A stretch of DNA of 59,558 nt, the filler included. It is 7 parts of 7 records of this genome, joined end to end, with 100 filler letters (N's around TTAATTAATTAA, not from the genome) between each part and the next. Parts side by side here need not be neighbours in the genome. Positions count along the whole stretch, not along the records: positions 36,428 to 47,212 come from SRR31147125_12753; positions 47,313 to 54,050 come from SRR31147125_12765; 5 more parts are not named here. The stretch is one strand, 5' to 3'. The notes under the pieces were generated by a model. It was given only the letters and a program-made list of their open reading frames with translations, was not told where the DNA came from and did no database searches. Both the position numbers and the translations under genes were made by a program. Shown piece after piece: positions 36,428 to 48,481 of this stretch; position 1 is the first letter of the stretch; each line of letters opens with the position of its first letter.

Positions 36428-38578
36428 ACTTTCAAATTCTCTCTGTCGTGCATTATTGAGAAAACTGCGCGCAAGTCCAAAGGCATTGGCACGCTCTTCC
36501 ATCAGACACCATAGATCAGATTGGCGTTTTGGTACAGATTCAGGCTTATACCACACAATCTTTCCTCTACCATGTTTAACAAGTTGACTGGGTTCGTCAT
36601 TTGAAAGTACATTTTCCAATGTTTTTGAATCTCTGGGATTGGCATACTTGTCTTCGGTACCAAATGGTTCGATAATGATGAGATTTCCACCTTTTTTTGC
36701 ATACTCTAAAAGCGACACGATCTGTGTTTGATCAAGATAACGCAATTGAGGTGCAAAGATGACATTATATTGTTTCAAGCTTTGGATATTTTCTTCGGTG
36801 ATAATATCGAATGGCACCTGAGTCTCAGAGAGAATATGAACCAAAGCACGTGTGGCTGCAAGATGCTCAGTATTTTCATAAAATAGCTGATCACTCCAGA
36901 AAAGTACTCCAACACGAGTCAACGAATTACCACCATCCCACAAATCAGCATGTTCTGTAAAGAATTCTTTCCAGCGCTTGCGTGATTCAGGTGCAGCCAA
37001 TCCGGCTTGTATAAATGCCCCACCACCACCGGCAGCGACCTCAGCATTTGCCAAATCTGCTGCTCGATTATCCTGCACCTTATACAACAGTGTTCCGGCT
37101 CGAGTGCCAGCGGCCATGGCCCATTTAAAAGCAAAAATATTGGAGATAATCACACCGCTCTCCAGGGAACCAACCTGATTCATTTCTTCAAACATCTGCA
37201 TATCAGCCATTGGTGACCAATGAACCAGGTCAATTGCATCAACCCGCCGTTTGTTCAAACCATCCAGAGTAGCCATCGATCCGAGATTGGCCACAGTATA
37301 AAAGTCATCACTGCGTCCCTGGCGGGCGTAGGTAATACGTCCCTGGCATTTAAGTCGCGCAAATAGTTCTGCCATACTCTGGCACCAGAACCGCTGTGTT
37401 TCAACCCATAAAAGCATATCTTGAGGATTGGAGCAGCAACGTCGTTTAATATCTGTTGAACCAAACCGATTTTTGAGTAGTGATGCTAATTCCTCACTCC
37501 CAAGAAATTTATAAAAATAGTGTCGTAGAACTGTTTGTTGAAATATTTCTTTTTTCTCTGTTGAAATTTTATCAATTTGATTGCTTCCGAATCGCTGTGT
37601 CAAATACTCCTCAAAATGGTTTACAGGTGGAAATTCGGCAAGAGAGTTCTGCATGAAACAACGCAGCAATCGCCAGTCATTCTCCAGTTTAACTTTGCTT
37701 GTATCATTTAGTCCAAGAATCCTGTTAAGATTTTTCCGGGTCCATTTTTTGGCAAGATATGGCCTGAATGCCTTTAGGATGATGTTTTCGAAATCACGAT
37801 AAATTGCTGGAATATTCAAAATGCGATGATCATCTGTTCCAAAAATTCTATTAAGGCCATCTCTCCCGTATTTTTTGAGAAGGTACACATCAAATTTTTC
37901 CTGACAATGGGGACAATAGCAATACAATGTATTGACATCGAAAAACATGCCATCATATCCAACTGCCGCCAATTCACGGACAACCAGATCCAAATACTCA
38001 GACCATGCCGGATGATTGATGCATGGTTCATAATGCAAGATGCCCTGGGGGCCACCACCTAGTTGCATCGGCCCACGTACCTGTGACCACAATGCAGGAT
38101 CGGCAGAAGGTTTTGGGCCCAGACCGAATTCGCGGTATTCATCCCAATGGTCATAAAATTTAAAGAATCCTGATCTTTCATCAGGACGGCCGAAGAATGC
38201 CATTGTGTAAACATACGGGATTAATCTATTAACGCCAGCACTCCGAAGGTTCTGAATAATGCCTTGAATTCGCTCAATTTCGCGCGGAATTTCATGAGAA
38301 AGTAAAATATCATTCGTATACAATTCATGGCCGTATGTTGGACCAAGTGCCCCTTTAAACGGGATGTGGTAGCCAACATGAAAAAGATTAGGAGGACTTG
38401 CTTTTAATTTCTCAAGGAAAGATTTTTTATCCGGATCTGGCAGATACCAAATACAGTATGTGAAAGGAACTGATGTATTCGCAGGCACTGTAAATCCGTG
38501 TATAACTGGGGATGTTGATTTACAAATACTGGCATAAATCAGGATAGCGAGGAAGATGTGCGAAAGTTTCATGCTCAT
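36428..38578 (-). CDS. Secreted putative glycoside hydrolase-like protein with beta-galactosidase trimerisation-type domain (3' truncated)
   Basis: Signal peptide; PCINHPAW...GYDGMFFD...CYCPHCQEKF (GH42-like Cys cluster); QVPFDII...YAKKGGNLIII. Confidence 0.65.
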
Positions 38579-38675
38579 TATCCCTCCTTTTGTACATGGA
38601 TTTGTATGATTTTTTTGAACATTTCTTGTTCATTAAAAAAAGACAGGCACCCAGTCAATGTCAAAAAATGGGACC

Positions 38676-40653
38676 TCACCTCAAGAATATCATTTTTTTT
38701 GTGCTTTCAAATTTACCTGCCTGTAATCGATAAACGTATATTCCAGTTGGCACGTTATCGATAGTCCATTTCTGTTTGTACTCACCAGCTATCTGATTTT
38801 CGTTCACAAGAATTTCGATTTCCTCTCCAAGCAAGTTGTATACTTTTAAGCATACAAAACACGCTTCAGACAACGTATAATGAATAAACGTGGATGAATT
38901 AAATGGATTAGGATAATTCTGTGTTAATTTGAACGATAACGATTTTTTTAATCTGAACCGTTATTTCATGTGAATATGCAAAAACACCATCCGTATCAAT
39001 TTGCTTCAATCTATAACTATAATTCCCATCCTCAGACAAATCTTCATCCACATAATTATATTGATGCAATAAACTGCTGCTGCCATGTCCTGGTACAAAG
39101 GCAATAGTTACCCAATCAGTGTTTTGGACGAGCAACCGTCTTTGAATTTCAAAACCATAATTATTTGTCTCTGATTCCGTATTCCAGGAGAGTAAAATAC
39201 GAGAATGATCACTTTTAGCTGAAAAATGGGATAATTCCACAGGAAGAGTCCCGTTAGGAAAAATACGTTGTGCAAATATATCATCATTTCGTTCAAATGC
39301 TGTCAAGACAATCGTATTGCCATCGGATACAGCTGTCTTTTCAGTGACGCCATTAGCATTTTCAGCAAACCGGATGCCGCCTTCATCCCAAAGTCTGCTT
39401 CCGGCATTATCATACCTTTGTGCTTGCAAAGCTAAAGTCCGATAAATGGTGACAACACTTTCATCTGACATGAGAACCAAATCTTTAGCATAAGGGATTA
39501 CAGACAAGCCGTTAAAAGTACTTGCAATTATTTGGCTCCACAATAAAACACAATTCTGATCCAATTTCAATAAGGCAATATCCTCAAAATCATTGGCGTT
39601 TGTGTATAAATAATAGCAATTATTCATGTTCGTTGGGCACAAACAATGTGTGAGTATATCTTCATAAGATTGGATCGTTTTTTTGCCAAGGGTTACGCCA
39701 TCGCTGTTAATCCTTGTAACTATAGATACATCAGTTGCCAGGTGCTCAATCCATGTCATATAGATATCATTTTGGTATCCGGGAGATAATAAGAGGTTTG
39801 ACAATTGCGGTTCGCCTTCTGCATATTCGATAACATTGAGAAATTCTGGTTCCCATGCAGCAGTACCATCAGAATTGCGTCTTGTCACATACACACCTGT
39901 TCCTTTATAGAGTTGACTTGGCGGTGTCTGAGGTCGTTCTTCATACCAGGCGATATAAGCTCCTCCATTGCCGTCGCCCAGTATTTTCGGTGCTGAAGGC
40001 AATGTATCTACAGGAGCGACCTTGACATCCTCTTCCCAAATAGTATTACCATTAAGGTCTATCTTTTGACAATAAATCTCGGCGATATCCATTTGATTTC
40101 GATGATCTTCCCATGCCACTACAAAATCTTCTTCCCCACTTGCTGATATCTGAGGCTTGCCCTGAAAAAGTGGAGCTTTTCCAACAGGTTTCCCCTCTTC
40201 ACCCCACAAGAGGATACCGTCTTTATCGATTCGTTGACCGTAGACATCGCCTAAAAAACCACTCCGTCGATCACACCACACAATAATAATCCCATCATTG
40301 CCGTCACTCACAGCGGACACATTGAATTGATCTCCATCCATGATGATAGCTGCTACACCGTTTTCAGCCCACAGCGGATTACCGTTGGCATCCAATTTTT
40401 GAGCATAGATGTCTTCAGTCCCATTCCTCTGGTCTTGCCACACTACAATAAGGATACCATCACCGCCGCTCACAGCCTGCGGATCGTGTTGGATCGCTTC
40501 GTTTAGACAGACCGGAGTGTTCCCGTTCGGATCGTTTGACCAGGAGGCTAAAATTGGATTAGATGATAAAAAAAGCATTAGCATCAGGCAGGCATAAATC
40601 AAGATCATCCGGCTAAAAGTTTTGATCTTGCCCATAAAAGCTTGGGATAACAT
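38676..40653 (-). CDS. Secreted repeat protein with T9SS (Por) C-terminal sorting domain (frameshift near 38945)
   Basis: Repeats of VWQDQRNG..DIYAQKLDANG and LPVELSHFSA; the other frame continues LTQNYPNPFN...VYNLLGEEI...GIYVYRL...KKMIFLR. Confidence 0.88.
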
Positions 40654-40958
40654 GACTCAGTCCTCCTAATTGATTGAATATAAAGATGAGACGATAGGAT
40701 GTCCTTATCATTGAATTTTAAATTGCACAACAAAATGTCTATTTTGCATGCATATTCAGGTATTAGCAGGAAAAAACGATCGATTTCGATGAATTATCAA
40801 GGAACAAAATACAGCGACTCGATCACGTATATCAATGGCAAACCAACCTTTTTCGTTTATGCCCCCAAAACGTATTTCGCAACCCGGGATTTTCATAAAG
40901 ACGTTTAAATGAGCAGCTTCTGTCTTTGACAGATATTATTTTCAAACAGCGTTCTTGT

Positions 40959-41600
40959 TCAAAGATGAACTTTAGGATTATCTAATATTTTTTGCAATAA
41001 AGATAAATACCTCGCCACATGCAAACCATCCATCAAGGAATGATGAACTTGTATGGATATTGGCATCATTTTCCGGTTTTCTTTATTTTGATATTTACCC
41101 AGAACAATTTTGGGAATGGAGTCATCGCGACCAAACTTACGTGCGTGGGAGATGCTTGAAAAAGCAATCCAGGGGATAACCGAATAGTGAATAAGATTAT
41201 CCTCTCCTTCCCGGGAATCCAATTTCTCCCTGTTTTCTTTATTTTTTAAAAGGACATCTTTTGCATTGAGATGGAAACGAGTAAAACTTTTATGGTATTC
41301 AAATAAACAAAAATTAAAAGTTTCATCATCATTCAGAACGGTTGAACCGGCATGAACCTTATCATGGATAATCACATTTTTTTCTCTGATACGATAGCGA
41401 AATTCTTCTACCTGGTTTGCAGCATGTAGAGTAGCATAAAGTGAGGCAATAAAAAAAGAAACATTATTTTCTTTACTGAAATTATACAAGCCTGTGACAT
41501 CCACCTCCAAACAAATATTAAAGAACGGATTATCATAGTCTTTAAAAAAGTAAAACTGCTCTTTGCGTTTCCACTTTTTTATGTCTAATATTTTGTGCAT
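40959..41600 (-). CDS. cat: CatA-like (type A chloramphenicol) O-acetyltransferase
   Basis: WKRKEQFYFF, SVIPW, IPKIVLGKY and the catalytic QVHHSLMDGLH motif. Confidence 0.88.
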   Translation of the reverse strand: MHKILDIKKWKRKEQFYFFKDYDNPFFNICLEVDVTGLYNFSKENNVSFFIASLYATLHAANQVEEFRYRIREKNVIIHDKVHAGSTVLNDDETFNFCLFEYHKSFTRFHLNAKDVLLKNKENREKLDSREGEDNLIHYSVIPWIAFSSISHARKFGRDDSIPKIVLGKYQNKENRKMMPISIQVHHSLMDGLHVARYLSLLQKILDNPKVHL

Positions 41601-41623
41601 AAAAAACGTTCCGGATATTCTGC

Positions 41624-43662
41624 TCAGGATTTTAATAATGGTGAATCACTGATAACAATCACCTGCATTTTATGCGCAGGCAAGTTCACTGTAGACTCAT
41701 TCTGTAAAGATACGATCTTTTGTGATTCCACATCCATCAGATAGCGTTTTCCTTTTTGCGACAACTGAATGTGTGTTTCTATATCTTCTTCACCTTCATT
41801 AAAAAGCAGATAGCAATGAAAACCATTTTTTATGACATGGCGAACACGCACATTTTTATTATGCGGAGTCAGTTTTACATCCATAACAATCAGAGTCTGT
41901 AAGGCCTGAAGCAGGTCTGAATCAGCCTCATTTTCACTCCAGTGAAGCAATCGTCCGGATTGCTTTAATTTTTCCAGGGCTGGTTTAGCGAGTTCCGGTG
42001 GCTCCATTTCTACGATCAGGGCTTTATAAAGCATGCCGGCAATTGAAATACCCTCTTTTGTGACTTTAGCATCTTCCCAGAGATGCCGCGCTTCGATATA
42101 ATTAAAATCGATTTGATTCTGAAAACAAACTTGAGCAGATTTCCAGGGCAGGTCATCATTCAGGCCTAAAATAGCCACATCACAAACATGAGTGCTATCC
42201 GTATTAAGCCAGCACAAGCGACTTGTGGCATCGGCAAATGGTTTAAAGTTATCCCACCATACATTATTTGGTCCCACATCCGGTGGTCGTTCATCGACAC
42301 GTGGCCCGCGTATAGAATAATAAAAAGCGTGTGGATAGAGCAGATTGCATCCCCTGACCAGCAACCAGTTAGCCAGCCACTTCATTTCGCGAAAAGTAAA
42401 GTTATGACCATAGGCGCCACAATATTCATTGGAATTACGTCTTCGACCTAAATGTATCATGGCAGAGGAAGCGCATTTAGCCTGGGTCGACTGGGCTCCT
42501 TCCAACGCGCTTGGCTTACCCGGTTCAATATAGCGCCAGACAATATCCTGACCCGGCATTTGAAAATAGCGCAGGTGCCCGATATCATCCGGAGCAGCCG
42601 GATGACCTGTCAGGGCAATGTTATGTTCCGAACACCAGGTTGAAATGGGTTTGTAATAGGTTTGCTCAAGTCTTGCCTGTAAAGCCTGGGCATAGATTTT
42701 TCGATACCTGGTAGCATCCGGTTCATCCTCATACCACAACGCCGCTAGATGCGGGGTAAAATCATAACCTAACCACTCATTTACATGTTTTAAAACCTGA
42801 GCATTTCCCGGCTTTGCTCCTTTCTCTCCCCTTTTGCCAAAAAATGAGGGTTCATCGGTAAAAACAGCCTTGACAGTCTTGCCAAAATAATCTCCAAATT
42901 CATCATAAAAACGTTGATACACCAGGCGAATAAAACAGGCCATTGCCTCCGGATTCAGGATATCAGCCAGAGGTGGCATTACTTCAGGGACTTCCTTTTT
43001 ATTTGCCCGTCTGGATGGGTTTTCCTCAAGGAAATGTAATCCCCGGATCAAAGAATACCCGTCCTGAATATAACGATCGATGATGGCAATCCGATGACCA
43101 TTCTTTTTACGTTTGACAACTGAGATCAGATTTTGGTTCTCTGACAGGATAGGTTCGCCATTTTGGCCAATTTTAAATCCGTATTTTTCGTCACCAGGCC
43201 TGAGTTCATCCAGATCAATAGCAAACAGACCACGTGGGCGAAAGGCCGGATTTTCAGCCACAACCTGACCGCTGGCAGATCCACTCGGATACATACCTTC
43301 ATCATATAAAACAACCCACATATCTTTTTTAACAGCTTCCTGAATTGCAAAACGCATAAAATGGATCATCTTGTCACTCATCCAGCCTGTATCACGGGGA
43401 AGACCAGCCCGTGGATGGATAACAAAACCATAAACACCATGATCACAAAATCCTGCATTTGCCGGGCAATCTCGGTTTCGGTCAATTCATCATTCCAAAA
43501 CCAGAAAGGTGCCTGGGAAAACTCCCGCGGTGGATCTACCCACTGATCCAGGAATAGTTGTTGATTTTTACTCTGTTGGCCATTATTCCCCCGGCAGTTT
43601 AAAAATATGGCAGAACCACCCACTCCGGCATACTTTATAAAATTACGGCGTGTTATGTTCAT
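41624..43662 (-). CDS. Tat-exported GH106 (alpha-L-rhamnosidase)-like glycoside hydrolase (frameshift near 43445)
   Basis: MNITRRNFIK Tat signal; APFWFWND; HGVYGFVIHPRAGL across the shift; LYDEGMYPSG; VFTDEP; SNEYCGAYG; PHAFYYS. Confidence 0.75.
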
Positions 43663-44012
43663 TATTTTTTCCTTTTGCACTATTTGGATCGTTTTGTTAC
43701 TGCAATCTCTATTTAAATGATAAAATTCAGAATGATCAGCATACAATCATTTTTCGGTCTTTAGCTCTTTACTTACTGTTACCTCTCAAATCGTATCGGG
43801 ACATCTGATAATTTAGAGGTTATTTATAGCGCCTTAACAACCCATAAGCCCCAACAAGTTCAAAACCTTGACTTCCCTTCTTACCGAATCAGAGATTAAT
43901 AAATTTAAAGGCATTACAAAAAATTCGTAAAGTCTCATTATTGTAAAATTACTGTGCTAACCGTTCAAACGTTAATAAAAATAATTCGAAAAAACAGTCT
44001 ATTTCACAAATA

Positions 44013-44870
44013 TTAAAATCCAGGCAACGTAGATTTTGAGCGAGTTCTCTGTAATTCAGAGGAAACCGATCTTTGGGCGAGAATATCCATGGAGAGCTGG
44101 ATGATCTCCTCTGCTTCCTCAGGGGACATGGTACCAACTGTCAAAAGGTCACAATCACGAATCGCATTCCAGCAAAAGGTCATGGCCTGAAAAGGTCGTA
44201 ATTGACCAGCTGCCATTGACTTGATCGTGATAACAGGTTTCTGTGCATTGCGGATAATTCTGGCAACCCAATCAACCTCCAACTGCATTAAAAATCCCAT
44301 GTAATTAAACGGCTGAATATACGTTTCCACGTCCAGACCGGTCTCATCGGCAAACACGACAGACTCGGGTACGTGGGTGCTCAGTCCGGGCACCATATCC
44401 CGTTCCCGGATCATCCGGCACAATGTGTCCATGTGGCGAAGTTCACGCGTACACTTGTCAACCATACGGTCTGTGGTACTTTCGTGGGGCAAACAGATGG
44501 ATGCTCCTTTGGCCGCTTCTTCATCCAGAATTCTGGCACATTCATCCAAATCAAATCCATCAAAAGGTGTGCGAGGAGTGGTTGGAAAAGCCGGCGTAGA
44601 AATAATAATCGCTTTGGTGCCTGTACGCTGCTCTGCCTCTTTAATTGCTTCATATATACATGTTTTTGTGCTGGGACACATAATGGTGTCTATACCAGCT
44701 CGAAAAAAAACCTCGATGATATTGGCAATAGATTTTGGATTGGTCACCAAACGCTCAACAGATCTACTTTTTGCTGCCGTGCAATGTGTATATCCAAAAA
44801 ACCAGTTTGTTCCAATCACCATTCTGGAAACAGAAACAGGACCTATCTTTGTTCTTGGAAATACAGCCAT
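44013..44870 (-). CDS. Hypothetical protein with aldo/keto reductase-like (TIM barrel) fold
   Basis: SVSRMVIGTNWF, PGLSTH, PVITIKSMAAG, VGTMSPEEA; RBS AGGAG before MAVFP. Confidence 0.65.
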   Translation of the reverse strand: MAVFPRTKIGPVSVSRMVIGTNWFFGYTHCTAAKSRSVERLVTNPKSIANIIEVFFRAGIDTIMCPSTKTCIYEAIKEAEQRTGTKAIIISTPAFPTTPRTPFDGFDLDECARILDEEAAKGASICLPHESTTDRMVDKCTRELRHMDTLCRMIRERDMVPGLSTHVPESVVFADETGLDVETYIQPFNYMGFLMQLEVDWVARIIRNAQKPVITIKSMAAGQLRPFQAMTFCWNAIRDCDLLTVGTMSPEEAEEIIQLSMDILAQRSVSSELQRTRSKSTLPGF

Positions 44871-45226
44871 AAAAACTCCTCTTGCCAATTCCCCCATGCC
44901 GTCAAATACAAATCGTTATCTATAGCTCTATCAGATATGTACCCAAAGCACCTGAGCATGATATATCTGATTCATAGTGGTTAAACACGTTGTGAGCCAT
45001 ACATCTGAATATTTCTACAATATATCTTTAATATCATTATAAAAAATAGCAAATTAACAATGATGTTATCAATCAATTAAATTATGCAAACCAGCTCATA
45101 TTAGCAAGAAATTTGTAATATTTCTGAAACAATTTTATCCCTGGAATATTATTTTAATTGCCTCTTTATAGAGGTTATCAAATTAAAGACATCCATTTTC
45201 AGTCATTTTAAATAGCGATCATGCGG

Positions 45227-45868
45227 TTAAATATAGCGATACACCATCCAATAATGGGATAAACTACCGAGCATAACAAAAATATGAAATATTTCATGAA
45301 AACCAAATCGTAAAGGCCAGGGATCCGGTTTCTTGAAAGCATAAATAATCGCTCCTGTTGTGTAGAACAAGCCACCGACAAACAACCATAACAAGCCAGC
45401 CGGAGCCAAAAGTTTTATCAATGGCCATATACCAACAATAGCAAACCACCCCATTAAAAGATAAATGACCGTATAAACAAAACGAGGAGCATTGAGCCAA
45501 AATATCTTGAAAAACAACCCGGCCAGAGCCATAGCCCATATACCACCGAATATGGACCACCCCCAACCACCCCGCAGTGTCACCAGACAAACAGGCGTAT
45601 AGGTGGCAGCAATGAAAATAAATATCATGATATGATCTATTTTACGAAAAAGCTGTAACCGCTTTCCTGATAACGGTAACCAGTGATACAGCGTACTGCA
45701 CATGTAGAGTAAAATCATGGCTCCAACAAAAATGGAAAAGGATACCTTGTGCCAGATTGTAAAAGCGCCATTTATTCTTGTCAGGAGAGCAACAAGTCCC
45801 CAGATCGCCAGTAAAAAACCAATAAAATGAGTTAAACCACTAACCGGATCCCGAAATTTTCCCTTCAT
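45227..45868 (-). CDS. Hemolysin III / PAQR family membrane protein
   Basis: SGLTH, STLYH, KIDHIMIFIFIAATYTP, FHEIFHIFV. Confidence 0.93.
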   Translation of the reverse strand: MKGKFRDPVSGLTHFIGFLLAIWGLVALLTRINGAFTIWHKVSFSIFVGAMILLYMCSTLYHWLPLSGKRLQLFRKIDHIMIFIFIAATYTPVCLVTLRGGWGWSIFGGIWAMALAGLFFKIFWLNAPRFVYTVIYLLMGWFAIVGIWPLIKLLAPAGLLWLFVGGLFYTTGAIIYAFKKPDPWPLRFGFHEIFHIFVMLGSLSHYWMVYRYI

Positions 45869-46018
45869 TCACATATCCTTCATGTTATAATATTGTTAAA
45901 ATAGTTAAGTACAAATAACACAAGATACGGATAATAATCGGTCCGGTTTGTAAAATGAATGTAAAGTTTTCACTTTGATTTGTAACAAATCACTATTTTT
46001 CATTGTGGTCTAAACAGG

Positions 46019-46050
46019 AAACGGCCAGACAGAAATTCTGTCCGGCCGTT
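46019..46050 (-). terminator. Terminator hairpin downstream of dodecin
   Basis: AAACGGCCAGACAGAA / TTCTGTCCGGCCGTT inverted repeat. Confidence 0.65.
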
Positions 46051-46078
46051 TAATAAATCTTGTTACAAGAAACGCCTT

Positions 46079-46282
46079 TTAATTCTTCAAAACAAAAGTC
46101 ACTTTCATGAGTACCCGATACTCTGTGATGTTCCCGTTTTCAACGATAATCTTTTGGTCTTTAATCCAGGCCCCCTTTACGTTCTCTAACGTCTTATTCG
46201 CCCGTTCTATACCTAATTTGACAGCATCATCAAAACTGGTTGGAGAAGATGCTGTAATTTCCGTGATTCTTGCTACGCTCAT
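46079..46282 (-). CDS. Dodecin family protein
   Basis: MSVARITEITASSPTSFDDAVKLGIERANKTLENV...EYRVLMKVTF; RBS AGGAGG. Confidence 0.93.
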   Translation of the reverse strand: MSVARITEITASSPTSFDDAVKLGIERANKTLENVKGAWIKDQKIIVENGNITEYRVLMKVTFVLKN

Positions 46283-46440
46283 TGTAATCCTCCTTTGCAA
46301 AAATAAACAATTGTCATTTACCATACATCAGGAAAACTGTTTTTATTTCCTTTTTTTGTATAAAAAATGACACCTATTTATTAATAAATGAAAAGATTTA
46401 TTCTAATGAGCGAGACCGGATTAGCAACTTTTGAAGAATA

Positions 46441-47212
46441 TTATTTTTCCAACTTGCTCTTAATTTTTGCAAATTCTTTTTCCTGTTCCTCAGTAATCGT
46501 TGGATAGCACATTTTCAATTTTGACAATGTTTCAAAAATAATCTTTGCCACAGTTAGTCTCATATAGGGTTTATTATCAGCCGGGATAGCATACCATGGT
46601 GCCCAGGATCGGGAGGTGGCATTGAGCGCTTCCTCATAGGCAAACATATAATCGTTCCAAAGTGAACTTTCCCTCAGATCATTTGGTTCAAACTTCCAGT
46701 TTTTTGTTTTGTCGTTCAAACGGCTGAGAAAACGTCTTTTTTGCTCTTCCTGTGATACGTTGAGCCAGAATTTTAAAATAACGGTTCCATTGCGGGCCAG
46801 GTGTTTTTCGTGGTCACGTATGGATTCCATCCGTTCCTTCCAAATGGTCGTCTTGTTAACCGCATAGGGCAAATTTTGAGCTTTTAGTATACCGGGGTGG
46901 CAACGGACAACGAGAACTTCTTCATAGTAACTGCGATTAAAAATGCCAATTCGACCTCGTTCAGGCATACATTGATTGGTTCGCCACAAGAAATCATGAT
47001 CAAGCTCTTCATTAGACGGTCTTTTAAAAGAGTATACCTGGCATCCTGCCGGATTAATCCCACTCATCACAGCGCGAATCGTCCCGTCTTTTCCAGCCGC
47101 ATCCATGGCCTGAAAAATCAACAAGAGTGCATATCGATCGTGCGCGTAAAGTACCCGTTGTAATTCCCGCATGGAAATAATAATGTCATCAAGTTGTTTC
47201 CGCAACTTTTTT
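46441..47212 (-). CDS. ppk2: Polyphosphate kinase 2 family protein (class III-like), 5' truncated
   Basis: FQAMDAAGKDGTI, HDFLWR, IFNRSYYE, APWYAIPADNK. Confidence 0.92.
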
Positions 47213-47312
47213 NNNNNNNNNNNNNNNNNNNNNNNNNNNNNNNNNNNNNNNNNNNNTTAATTAATTAANNNNNNNNNNNNNNNNNNNNNNNNNNNNNNNN
47301 NNNNNNNNNNNN
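47213..47312. other. Artificial contig spacer
   Basis: N44-TTAATTAATTAA-N44. Confidence 0.98.
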
Positions 47313-47314
47313 TT

Positions 47315-47635
47315 CCGCAGGCAATGTTGTTTCTCATGACCGCAGTACCGTGCTTTTTGGCGGCGTACTACGGTGCAAGTTATATACAGGGCGTTCTAGA
47401 TTTCCTTGGAGCAAATGTACTGCATATAATGATTGTTATTGGAGGAATGATGCCTGCACTAGGTATTGCACTTAACCTTAAAGCAATCTATAAAGGAGAT
47501 ATCAAAGTTTTCTTCTTTATTGGATTCTTGTTAGTGGTTTATTTCGAATTAGGCATTATTGCTATAGGTCTATTGGCAATATGCACAGCAATTGTCTACA
47601 TGCAATTAAAAGAGAGGAGAGAGGTCAATGAGTAA
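47315..47635 (+). CDS. PTS mannose/fructose/sorbose family IIC component (5' truncated)
   Basis: GGMMPALGIA...FFFIGFLL motif; overlaps the IID gene. Confidence 0.88.
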   Translation, partial: PQAMLFLMTAVPCFLAAYYGASYIQGVLDFLGANVLHIMIVIGGMMPALGIALNLKAIYKGDIKVFFFIGFLLVVYFELGIIAIGLLAICTAIVYMQLKERREVNE

Positions 47636-48446
47636 AGAAAAAAAATTAACTAAACGTGATGTCTTCAAGTCATGGATTCGTTGGTTCTTCCATAATATGG
47701 CTTGCTACAGTTATGAAAGATTTATGGGAATTGGATTTTTGCACTCTATGAATCCTGTCATAAAGAAATTGTATGGAGATAGTGAAGAAGAAACTAAGAG
47801 CGCTATGAAACGTCATACTGCTTTCTTTAACACAGAACCGTGTTTTGGTTCACCAATTGTTGGTTTAACAGCAGCAATGGAAGAGAAGAGAGCAAATGGA
47901 GCTGACTTCGATGACGATGCAATTAACTCAGTTAAGTCTGGTTTAATGGGACCAATATCTGGAATCGGTGATTCTATATTACAAGGTGTGCTTGTTCCAT
48001 TATTGCTTGCATTGGCAATTAGTATTGGTGAAACTGGTAACCTTGCTGGACCAATACTTTATATTATCGTAATTACAGCTGTAGTAGTAGGTATATCCTA
48101 TAGTGGATTTATGATGGGTTACAAAAAAGGAAACGAAGCCATTGTCAATATGTTGGAAAGTGGCGTTATTAATAAAGTTATAACTGGTGCAAGTGTTGTA
48201 GGTTGTGTTGTGCTTGGTGCTCTAGTTGCCAATTATGTACAACTTTCTACTACAATTGAAATTGCAACGGCTGCTGAACCATTTAGCATTCAAACGCAAT
48301 TATTTGATGTGCTTGTTCCAAAGTTATTACCATTGTTGCTGACACTAGGTTGCTATAAGCTTTTATCGAAGCGTGTGTCTTCAATGATGATCTTATTGAT
48401 ACTTATTGCTCTTGGTGTAGTTGGTGGATTACTTGGAATTTTCTAA
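47628..48446 (+). CDS. PTS mannose/fructose/sorbose family IID component
   Basis: SYERFMGIGF, RHTAFFNTEP, KSGLMGPISGIGDS. Confidence 0.95.
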   Translation: MSKEKKLTKRDVFKSWIRWFFHNMACYSYERFMGIGFLHSMNPVIKKLYGDSEEETKSAMKRHTAFFNTEPCFGSPIVGLTAAMEEKRANGADFDDDAINSVKSGLMGPISGIGDSILQGVLVPLLLALAISIGETGNLAGPILYIIVITAVVVGISYSGFMMGYKKGNEAIVNMLESGVINKVITGASVVGCVVLGALVANYVQLSTTIEIATAAEPFSIQTQLFDVLVPKLLPLLLTLGCYKLLSKRVSSMMILLILIALGVVGGLLGIF

Positions 48447-48481
48447 GTTAAAATTATACTAATTTAAAAGGAGATAAGAGA

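Noticed and set aside
40699..40908. 69-aa plus-strand ORF
   Set aside because: No recognisable motifs; it lies in the AT-rich promoter region of the T9SS cargo gene.
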